A DNA stretch of 64,000 bases. It comes from Macrostomum lignano. Its lineage: Eukaryota. Position 1 is the stretch's first letter. Each line of letters begins with the position of its first letter. Where the stretch lies: the NCBI GenBank assembly GCA_002269645.1, contig NIVC01002859.1:62001-126000 (forward strand). The letters run 5' to 3'. The translations under genes and the position numbers were made by a program. The notes under the pieces are model-generated. The model was not told where the DNA came from. It made no database searches and saw nothing but the letters and a program-made list of their open reading frames with translations. Positions 27,000-37,410 of the stretch are shown here, in pieces.

Positions 27000-27480
27000 G
27001 GAGAACATGAATTGTGGCCCTTATAATTCAATAGTTACAGCAAGTTGGTTAGAGTAAAAAGTTATGACATAATCAATGTCATTCTCAGTCAGCCAGTATC
27101 AGTCTCAATTTAAGTTAGCAATATGGTTACGCAATTTCAATCAAGTCTTGTGTGCATTTCTTCGGCACTGTTTTCAACTTGTGATGCAATCTTTATCAGA
27201 ATTGAAATTCTGTCAGTCAGTTTTTTCTCTATCATTCTTACAATGCATTTCAAGTTGAAAATTTTGCTTGACCTTTGCAAAAAAAGCATGTTTTTCGAAT
27301 ATTTAATCCCTTTAACATTGAGCAATTTCTTAGCCAAGATGCATGTACCGTCCCAGGAAAATTTCTGATCGAATGGTGCAAGTTTGAAGAAAATCGGTTG
27401 AGCCAATTTTTCTGAAATCTATCGCATACCTACCTACCCACATACATACATACAGACAACTCATTTTTAGTATATACGAT
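27000..27480 (+). mobile_element. Possible non-autonomous Helitron/Helentron-type element
   Basis: Ends in AAGTTTGAAGAAAATCGGTTGAGCC...CATACATACATACAGACAACTCATTTTTAGTATATACGAT, a layout reminiscent of DINE/Lep1-type ends (from memory). Confidence 0.3.
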
Positions 27481-30349
27481 GTACATGCAATCTATTGATA
27501 TGCAGTCGATAGATTAGGGATGATGACGGTGTGGTTTTTCAGATTAAATCCCAGGCTCCTAAAATTGTACTTTGAAATTGTACTTTGAAAATTTGAGCTA
27601 GTCATAGTGTTGTGGTAGTCTTGGTATATGGCAGTCTTAGTCATGCCCCTAACATAACTACCACCACTGTTAAACAGCTTCTTTTGGTTCTAGGACATTT
27701 TGTCAAAAGCCATTTTTTAAAATAGTCATTTTGTCATTTTGTCAAACTATTGATTAAATAGAGCCTACTATTATTTTTAATTTATGTTAGACCCTAAAAC
27801 TTTTCTGAGTAATTTAATGCCCAAGTTAAGATAAAATTTATTTAATGACTTTACTACTTTTTGTTCAAGCAAAGGGTTTCTAAAATGAAAAATTAAGTTT
27901 GCAATCAATAACTATTGCTTTTGACAAGTTCTATCTTTGGCAAAATAAGGAAATAAGGCTAAAAATAAAGAAAATTGTTTCAGAAGTTCAGGTTGGTTTG
28001 TTAGACACAGAAAGACAATGTATATCAAATTGCTATGCTTATTACTATTGTTAAAGAAGTGCTGCCACTATTGTAATTTGCATATTATAGAATGTGATTT
28101 TCTTAGAGCTTGTTTAAAGCTAAGATTATTATTAGCCCTATGATAAAAGACTTAAAAGGCTACGGCTTATCAGCTTATTGATGAAAAAATAAATAAGCTT
28201 AAGATGTTTATTATTATTGAGCTAGATAAATTCGATTAATAAAATATCTAGTTTAAATTAGGCAACATTATACAACTAGACAACTCAGATAGGACCATAG
28301 TATATTAACAACTTAATAAAACAAGCAAAAGATAGGCAATAAAATAATAAATTAAATTAAAGCAATAGAAAGGGTTGACTAAACAAATGAGCACTAGTAC
28401 TAAAATACAAGAGAAGGAGAAGGTCAAACAGAAGGAAAGTTAACATAAGCAATGTCAAAAACCAAAGCTATAAATAACAATTAGAAAGCAGGAAGTAGAC
28501 CAAGGGGAACAGATGCTGGACAAGGTGTAGACAAAAAAACAAAGGAACAAAAGAACACTATAGAAATGAAAAGAAAACAAACAAAACCAAATGGAAAATG
28601 TACAAAACCAAGAAAAATTACAGGGAGGCCAGCCTATGAACTGAGATAATGACAAGATTCGTCATAGGGGGCATCTTAGGGTAGATTGGTTAGGCCACCT
28701 GGGACAGCAGCCAAAAATAAAACAAACAATGGTCCTTAAAATTATTAGTCAAATATTGATAAAAAATATTTGTGGTAGCCCCCACTGCTACAAAAGTATA
28801 AAAGTAGTATTTCCAAATTGCACTTTACTTTTTAAAAATTAAAAAATTAAAATATATGGGACTAGACTAGAGAGTAAAGACAGAGTTGTGATAATCAGGA
28901 AATACTAAGAAGGAGATAATAATTATTGGGTTGCTTGTTCCTAAATTCTTAGAAATATTTTACCTTAGATAACTAAGATAAGGCTCATTCCATATAAGAT
29001 GGACATATTTGGAAAATAGAAAAAAGTCAATATTTTTGCTTGCCACTGCCTGATTAGCCAATTTTTTTACCAAATGTTTTTTATGTGTAACATCTACAAT
29101 CTAAGAATAAATGAATGATAAAATGTTAGATTAGTATGTTATCAAGTGGCAAAAAGTAATTTTTGTAAAAATTTGGACAGTTTTTTAAGCAAAAGACATC
29201 ATTAAGTTTGTGAACCTTTTAAAAACAAATAGAAAGCTTTGGAAGGTTGAAACAAACTATAGATAAAAGTATAGTACTTGCATCATCAGATAAAAGTATT
29301 GATGAACAAATAATCAATTATATTTTTAATATATTGGTACCTCTAAGTTACTGAATTGACAGAACAAAATATGTTACGACCAGAATGTTACGACCATAAG
29401 GCTGCCTTTTCTTTTGTATCTTTGTTGCCTTTTTGAGTTTATATATTCTACAAAAAGAGTATGATTTCTGAAGATGTTCTTAGTCAAATTTTAAAAAATT
29501 TATTGCAAAATATCAAAAATGAAAAATGTTATAAGACTTTTACCTTTTAGTTTCTATCTGTCAAAAATCCTGTCGTTACGACCAGAAGTGCCATTCAAGG
29601 TTTAATAGCATCTATATTAATGATGATATCTACATGAAACTCTATAAAAATATTCTTGACAAAAAAATCTTTCATTTAAAATATTGGTTTAGTGTATTCT
29701 ATTATTAGATTTCATTTTATAAGTAAAAATAGCCTGTCATGTTACGACCATAATTATATGGAATTGCCCATAAGCATGTATGCTTCCTTTTCAAAAACTG
29801 ACCAATTTAATCAAGGCATCAAATTACAAGCAACTGATCTAGAGTATTTATTCTAGTTTAAATTTAAAATTATGCATGCATCTCTTTATACTATATTGAC
29901 AAAAAGACTTTGACAAAAAGGCTCTTAGTAAAAAGATTTTTTATAAAAAATGGCCAGTCATTTGAAGGTGTCCAGTATATACCAAAGACTTTTTTGGACA
30001 AAATATTAAGTGTATGATAAGTATTGGAATTGTGACTTTGTTATATATGTTGAAATTTCAAAATTATATGACCCTACTTAATATTGCAACAATAAAAGAC
30101 CTTTCTTGTCTACATTCTCATTACCTCTTAACCACTTGCCTTTTTCTTTGAAGTATTCTATCTTTGTTATATACATGCGCAACCTTCAAAATTTGGTCAG
30201 CTGTGCAACTTAGTTTTAACAAAAAATGCAAAATGGTTTTTGACCAAAAATCCAATTTACATGTAAAAGAAACCCTCAAGTAAAATTAATGCAACTTTGG
30301 GTAAATGGCAGGAATAAATAGCTATTTTCAAATAGCTATGTATAGTAAG

Positions 30350-30525
30350 AAGGCAAAAATCAACATTAAATAAATTTAATTGTACAATGCATTTCACGCA
30401 ATACTGTGCATCTTCAGGTTTTATTTTTGAATGAAGGAAATAAAGTTTAAAATAAACCTGAAGATGCACAGTATTGTGCAAAACGCGTCATTCAATTAAA
30501 TTAATTTAATGTTGATTTTTGCCTT
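30350..30525. mobile_element. Foldback / MITE-like inverted repeat (about 72-bp arms)
   Basis: 30350-30421 is the near reverse complement of 30454-30525. Confidence 0.8.
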
Positions 30526-32793
30526 CCTATTCATCTTACTTGCCAAGCAAGCAACTTTACCTATGTATAGTACATTTTGTATGCCAAATTCAATTATTTA
30601 AGGTTCTAGCAAGCAAAATATATATATTAATCAACTATGAAAAGTTAATGCATGCTAGAAAATAAGAAAATTCTGGCATATAGGACATCTTCCTTACTAT
30701 GGCATAACCATAGTCTATGGCATAGGCCTAGGCATTAATGAATGAGTGCAAAAGTTGATTATTATATATTTTGATATAATATGTATAACTATATGGTATA
30801 GGTACTGTTACTTTTGTGGGTATAACATTCATTATCTAGTATCAATTTTAAAAATTCAAAAAGCAGTCTATAGAAAAGATTTGCCACAATCAGTTCATAA
30901 AATTTTAATTCACAGGAAGCTATAGAATGAGAGCTACAATTAAAATTAACACTACTTTTGGAACACCCCTCGTATGTCAATATCCATCTAAAAAACCTGC
31001 AAAAGTGTTTGGCAATGCTAGAATCTCTGAAAGAAACTGCTAAACACTTGGTTTATTCAATTTCTAAACACTTGGTTTATTCAGTTTTTTCAATTGGAAA
31101 TTCCTCTTTTTGTGATTTCTTGGGCAGGTTTTAGGTAGTTTATTGCATTTAGAATCAATCCAATTTGAAGGTTTAAAGTGTGTGTAGGACTTTTTTGCTG
31201 ATTTTTGTTGCTTATTTATTTGGCATGTAATCAGCCAAAGAAATAGCCATATTTTGTAGCAGGCAAGTGGTAAGATCTGCTTATATTGTACATCTAACTT
31301 TGTTTAAAAGGATGTCAATATAAACATATATAGATTTAGGCCTAACTTTATCAATTTAGGCTATTGACTTATACTAGTCTCTTTATTTAGGCTTTAAAGT
31401 TTTAGACTTGTACATGTTGAATGTACAAAACTTTAAATATACATTTTTGAATATTCAAAGGCTTTTAGATATAAGCAATATGTTGCATCATTTAGCCAAT
31501 TTGGAATCTTAAGAATTTAGCTCTATTTAGCTATATATATAAAGCTATCTTTAGAGTTCTTTCTAGTAGTGGAATAGGTGAAAATTGCCTACTTTGACAA
31601 TTATAAAAGTTTAATAGAACAATTCTTGGAGCTAATAGCCATACATATATATATTAACAAAGTGGCTATCATTGTTGTTTTGCAATTGGTAATTGATAAG
31701 GTTATTACTAAATTTAGAGGTCTACTGATTTGCCTCTTGATAAGGTGATCTAAGGGCAATGGCTCTTTAGTTGATTTGACTAGGATCTGAATGCCAAATC
31801 CAATAGATTAAGTTTCTATTCCAAATATGTTGATTCTAAAATAATATTTTCAAATATATTCTTGAAGACATGTCAAACAGGTTGTTAGCTGTGCCAGAAT
31901 ATATGTATATTCTTTTATACAATAAATTTAAAGAATATTCTTTATATTGCATTTGTTCTTACCTCTCTAATAACTTTCTATAAATCTTTTATTGTTTGTC
32001 TTCCTAGTCATATAGCAACTAAGGGTTCATTTATACTAAATATTACTAAATAAATAGAAAAGTACACTAAACAAATCCTGTCAGAATTTGGCATACCAAC
32101 TTTTCAAGAATTTTTATTCTATGCCAGACTATTATTTATAACCCTATTTGAAACAAACATCTGAAAAGAATTTGATGCCACTATTAAGTTAAAATATACA
32201 AATATACAAACAAACTGATCAATGTAAAGATTGATTTTTTGTCTACATAGGATATTGTGTGCATAGCTCCAACCACATTTGTGCTCACATAAAGGTTTTT
32301 ATAAGCTTCCCTTGATAATAATGATAATAATATTCATATAAAAACTAAATAAAAAATAGTAATTGGTAAATTACAATTAAAATAAATATCAAAATGTGTA
32401 ATTAGGCAATATAGACATCTATATCAGTCTAGCAAATTGTTAACCAATAGAGTTTAATATTATAGATTATAAGCTTTTCAGTAGCTGATACAAAGCTATC
32501 TACAACTACTAGTTTTAGCCAGCCCTTGTCTAAGAACAAAGAAAAATTTTTATGACAAAAAATTAGCCCAAACCTTTAATAATATGTGTTTATCTACTAT
32601 CTCGTTATATACAGTTTGGTCTAGGCCATTATTTGTATTGTGGTCGAGGTATGCAATCTAGTGTAGATTTTTTAAAAATTGCTTGGTGCTTTAGCAGTGT
32701 GTGTGCGTGCTATTTAATTACTGAGCTAGCCAAGTTTTTGTACTTAACCGTGAAGCATCTGCATATTTCTCTAGGGTTTCAATCTTTAAACTA

Positions 32794-32925
32794 GGCAATG
32801 CAAATCCATGATCAATTGGCAAGAGTGGAATGAGAGTTGCCTTCAGCGTCTTAGAATAACAGAGCTTCTTGGCAAATATTGACAGCTTGTCTCTAGGTTA
32901 GGTGTTGCCAGGTTGCCAGACATTT
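32794..32925 (+). ncRNA. Candidate intronic H/ACA snoRNA
   Basis: About 132 nt, two possible hairpins, ANANNA at 32853-32858 or 32856-32861, ACA at 32920-32922, about 60 nt upstream of the acceptor. Upper stems are weak. Confidence 0.25.
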
Positions 32926-32984
32926 TCCCCACATTCATCACAAAATAAATGTGTCCATTGCTTCACCTGCCGCCATTCGTGCAG

Positions 32985-33228
32985 CTACCAGCCAACTGCA
33001 GCCGATGTCGCCGTGTTCGACGCCCTCTCCGGCGCGCCAAAAGACTCGCTGAATCACGCGCTCCGCTGGTACAAGCACATCGCCTCCTACTCCAAGGCTG
33101 AGCGGTCCGGCTTCCCTGGCGACAAGTCCAAGAACGCCGCGGCGCCTGCCGCCAACGATGACGACGACGACGTTGACCTGTTTGGTAGCGACGATGAGAA
33201 CGACGCCGAAGCTGAGCGCATCAAGCAG
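32985..33228 (+). CDS. EEF1B2: Elongation factor 1-beta exon 2
   Basis: GCAG acceptor at 32983-84. YQPTAADVAVFDAL...HALRWYKHIASY...DDDDVDLFGSDDE. GT at 33229. Confidence 0.96.
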
Positions 33229-33279
33229 GTGAAATCTCATTCGGTGTATGTACGCAGCTTAGGCATCTTGCAGACCGTG

Positions 33280-33955
33280 TCTAGGGTACGGGGAGCCTCA
33301 AGGATATTGAAGGCCGTGCTTAGAGTACGGGGAGCTTCAATGATATTGAAGGCCGTGCTTAGAGTACGGGGAGCTTCAATGATATTGAAGGCCGTGCTTA
33401 GAGTACTGGGAGCTTCAATGATATTGAAGGCCGTGCTTAGAGTACGGGGAGCTTCAATGATATTGAAGGCCGTGCTTAGAGTACTGGGAGCTTCAATGAT
33501 ATTGAAGGCCGTGCTTAGAGTACTGGGAGCTTCAATGATATTGAAGGCCGTGCTTAGAGTACTGGGAGCTTCAATGATATTGAAGGCCGTGCTTAGAGTA
33601 CTGGGAGCTTCAATGATATTGAAGGCCGTGCTTAGAGTACTGGGAGCTTCAAGGATATTGAAGGCCGTGCTTAGAGTACTGGGAGCTTCAATGATATTGA
33701 AGGCCGTGCTTAGAGTACTGGGAGCTTCAATGATATTGAAGGCCGTGCTTAGAGTACTGGGAGCTTCAATGATACTGAAGGCCGTGCTTAAAGTACGGGG
33801 AGCTTCAAGGATATTGAAGGCCGTGCTTAGAGTACTGGGAGCTTCAATGATATTGAAGGCCGTGCTTAGAGTACTGGGAGCTTCAATGATATTGAAGGCC
33901 GTGCTTAGAGTACTGGGAGCTTCAATGATATTGAAGGCCTGGATTAGAGTATTGT
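33280..33955. repeat. 39-bp minisatellite, about 17 copies, eEF1-beta intron 2
   Basis: GTGCTTAGAGTACTGGGAGCTTCAATGATATTGAAGGCC tandem repeats. Confidence 0.95.
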
Positions 33956-34004
33956 AAGCTTAAAAATCTCAGCGATTTAACGCGTTAACCTTGGCATCCT
34001 TCAG

Positions 34005-34322
34005 GAGCGCCTGCAAGCCTACCAGGAGAAGAAGGCCAAGAAGCCCGCCCTCGTTGCCAAGAGCAGCATCGTGCTAGACGTGAAGCCGTGGGACGATGAG
34101 ACTGACATGGCGGAGATGGAGCGCTGCGTTCGCAGCATCGCCACCGACGGCCTCCTGTGGGGCGCCAGCAAGCTGGTGCCGGTTGGCTACGGCATCAAGA
34201 AGCTGCAGATTGGCTGCGTTGTTGAAGACGACAAAGTTGGCACCGACTTCCTAGAGGAGGAGATCACCAAGTTCGAAGACTTGGTCCAATCTGTGGACGT
34301 GGCCGCTTTCCAGAAGATCTGA
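34005..34322 (+). CDS. EEF1B2: Elongation factor 1-beta exon 3 (GEF domain)
   Basis: TTCAG acceptor. [26 protein letters not shown]...[14 protein letters not shown]...[12 protein letters not shown]. Total CDS 642 nt; AATAAA near 34389. Confidence 0.97.
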   Translation, partial: ERLQAYQEKKAKKPALVAKSSIVLDVKPWDDETDMAEMERCVRSIATDGLLWGASKLVPVGYGIKKLQIGCVVEDDKVGTDFLEEEITKFEDLVQSVDVAAFQKI

Positions 34323-35187
34323 GCGAGCCACCTTAGCCCTGGGAGACTGTGCGTTTTGTTTTCAAGTTATTCTTTGCAATCTAAAAAATCAAATAATTAT
34401 TCATAAAAATAAACTGTCAGCGACCAAATTTATGCGAATGGTGACAGGCCAATCACTGCCAGATTGATGCATGCTGCCGCTTACAGTGGACACGACAGCT
34501 TTGTTGGACTTTAAAATGGATAAATTTAAGTGCCTATCGATGCGCTTTGGTCTTTTTTGCCTTGTCTTTGCTTTCTTCTGTATTACTAAGAATTCAGGTG
34601 AAATATCTAGGTTAGTTAGAAACAGTAAAAAAAGCGTTTCGGTAATTTTACGCGGCCTACGAAGCCTCTCTATCCGGTTCTTCAGGTCGTTTGAAACTTT
34701 ACAATAACAATCCGCCCGTTGAAAAGCGTTACCGTAATCAGAATCATTAAGTGACGCAACTCAGCGATTCTACAGCGACTAGCCAGATACGACTATTCGG
34801 CCCCAAAGTCATTATCGTAGAAGCGCCCCAGAGTCGCAGACAAGAAAACATCTCAAATTTACTCATAGGTGACTCTTAAGCGGACCGGTCCGATGAAGAC
34901 GGTCGCGGTAAATTAAGATTTATGTGACTCCTCTCATCTGACCCTTGAAGTAAAAAAAGTTAGCCGACCCCAATACTACTGAATAAGTAGCTTATGAGTG
35001 AACAGAAGAATTTCATCCAACCAACAGGGTGATCATTTGCACACGTGTGTACCGCAGTTTTCCGCTCTGGGTTTCTCAATTAACCCTTAGAAATCATTAC
35101 AGAACAGAGACAATGCATCCTAATGTCCTTTTTAACCTGTGTTCTTGCAGCACATTGACGTTGTTTTAAAGGTTTTGACAAGAAGTC

Positions 35188-35656
35188 ATGACCTCGGCGG
35201 CGACCCCAGACTCGGCCGCTGCCTCCGTCGACATCAAAGTGGTGCTGCTTGGTCAGCGATACGTTGGCAAGACCGCCCTGATGGAGAGGTTCCTTCACGA
35301 CCGATTCCTATCAGCCGATGGCTACCTGACCACCATTGGTGCCGCCTATGGATCTAAGAGACTCATGTTGCAAGCTCCATCGAATAGATCCGTGGTGCTT
35401 GGAGTCTGGGACACAGCGGGCGGGGAGGAATACCACTCACTGACTCGAATCTACTACAGGGGCTCCAGGGCTGCCGTTCTGTGCTACGATGTCACCACCG
35501 CCGACAGCTTGGATAGAGCCAAGTTCTGGGCCGGCGAGCTGGCCAAGCATGAGCCCGACTGTCGGGTGTATCTCTGCGGCTGCAAACTCGACCTGGCCAC
35601 TGAGGACCCGGCCGCCCGGACCGTGTCACCTGCCGCCGTCAAAAAGTTTGCTAATG
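35188..35656 (+). CDS. RAB24: Rab24-like GTPase exon 1
   Basis: KVVLLGQRYVGKT, HDRF, TIGAA, WDTAGGE, IYYRG, RAKFW and YLCGCK are Rab24-type motifs. GTGAGC donor at 35657 (phase 1). Confidence 0.88.
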
Positions 35657-35680
35657 GTGAGCTGTTAGGGCGATCGGCTG

Positions 35681-35873
35681 TGACTCACTTTGCTGATTGA
35701 GTTCTTGCCAGTGACTCACTTTGCTGATTGGGTTCTTGCCAGTGACTCACTTTGCTGATTGAGTTCTTGCCAGTGACTCACTTTGCTGATTGGGTTCTTG
35801 CCAGTGACTCACTTTGCTGATTGAGTTCTTGTCAGTGACTCACTTTGCTGATTGAGTTCTTGTCAGTGACTCA
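35681..35873. repeat. 31-bp tandem repeat x6 that includes the Rab24 splice acceptor
   Basis: TGACTCACTTTGCTGATTGRGTTCTTGYCAG units at 35681, 35712, 35743, 35774, 35805 and 35836. Confidence 0.95.
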
Positions 35874-36050
35874 ATATTCGAAACTTCAAGCAAAACAGGC
35901 GAAAATGTTGCCGAACTGTTTGCCGCAATTGCCGAAGATTTTGTCCGAGGTTCCTCTGGCGACTCAGCTGCTGAGGCGTCTGGCACAGTTTCGCTAAACA
36001 GAAACGCCAACCAGCAACAACAGCAGCAGAAGAAGCAGTGTGGCTGCTAG
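35867..36050 (+). CDS. RAB24: Rab24-like GTPase exon 2
   Basis: FETSSKTGENVAELFAAIAEDF...KKQCGC* (G5 box and CXC prenylation motif). The 5' boundary is uncertain (35867 with a 1-nt indel, or 35857). Confidence 0.8.
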
Positions 36051-36849
36051 GCTTACAAATTTACATTAATAATAATTACGCTATGAATAAGCTGTTGACT
36101 AATACTTTTATTAGTTCAATACTCACTTATCCAATGACACGTGGCTTCATCAGCATACTACTCGCTAGTAGGCATGTCGCACATTAATCTATCCGATTGC
36201 AACCCCCACGGGCTAAGAAAAACGAATCAGATTTAAAGGGTTTAAATTGGCACGTCTTTCACAGCTTTAATTGTTGTAAAAAAATTAAATTATTGATTGG
36301 AATTTTGCGTCATTAATTTTGATTTCATTTGCCAAGTCGGGTTTTATTCTTTTATCCACTATATTTGCTTTCCAGAGTGCCTTAAGCCTTCAAGTTGCGC
36401 CTTTGCACCGTCGTTTTTATCATATTGTGAGATATTGTTTACTTTTTAATCCACTATGCTGATACACTCTATAATCAAAATATACGCTATATACAATTGG
36501 CTTTTGTATGCTAAAACTTTTTCTTGCTCCGCCTACGTACTTGTAATACTCGTAAGACTATCTATATTTAAACCAGAATTTGTTCAGATTTTTTTCACAT
36601 TTTATTGGGCCACCGAACCTACAAAGTATGGGCTAGATGGTTTTAAGAATGTGCTGAACGGTCTTGACATCGGCATCTTAAATTTTAGTATCCTCACATT
36701 GAGTCTGAAAGTGTCGCAATGTCATGAGATCGTGAGCGCCAGTGCAACTTCGCAAATTTCTGTAGTTATGCATCATTTTTAATTAGTCTGCGCGCGTTGT
36801 GCAATGCACTGCAGCCCTCCCATTTAGAATGTCTATGGCCAAGAGGCTG

Positions 36850-37410
36850 GTAGGTGCCCCTGTTTCTTGTTGGGCGCCCCTGTCTCTTGGTTGGCGCCCC
36901 TGTCTCTTGGTTGGCGCCCTGTCTCTTGGTGGCCGCCCCTGTCTCTTGGTGGGCGCCTCTGTCTCTTGGTTGGCGCCCCTGTCTCTTGGTTGGCGCCCCT
37001 GTCTCTTGGTTGGCGCCCCTGTCTCTTGGTTGGCGCCCCTGTCTCTTGGTTGGCGCCCCTGTCTCTTGGTTGGCGCCCCTGTCTTGGTGGCCGCCTCTGT
37101 CTCTTGGTGGGCGCCTCTGTCTCTTGGTTGGCGCCCCTGTCTCTTGGTTGGCGCCCCTGTCTCTTGGTGGCCGCCCCTGTCTCTTGGTGGGCGCCCCTGT
37201 CTCTTGGTTGGCGCCCCTGTCTCTTGGTGGCCGCCCCTGTCTCTTGGTTGGCGCCCCTGTCTCTTGGTTGGCGCCCCTGTCTCTTGGTGGGCGCCCCTGT
37301 TTCTTGGTTGGCGCCCCTGTCTCTTGGTGGGCGCCCCTGTCTCTTGGTTGGCGCCCCTGTCTCTTGGTTGGCGCCCCTGTTTCTTGGTGGGCGCCTCTGT
37401 CTCTTGGTGG
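36850..37410. repeat. 20-bp minisatellite (TGGCGCCCCTGTCTCTTGGT)
   Basis: About 28 tandem copies; source of the ORFs at 36799-37599. Confidence 0.94.

Noticed and set aside
34889-34900. 12-mer TCCGATGAAGAC shared with position 991
   Set aside because: Many 12-mer matches are expected by chance in 64 kb and the flanks do not extend
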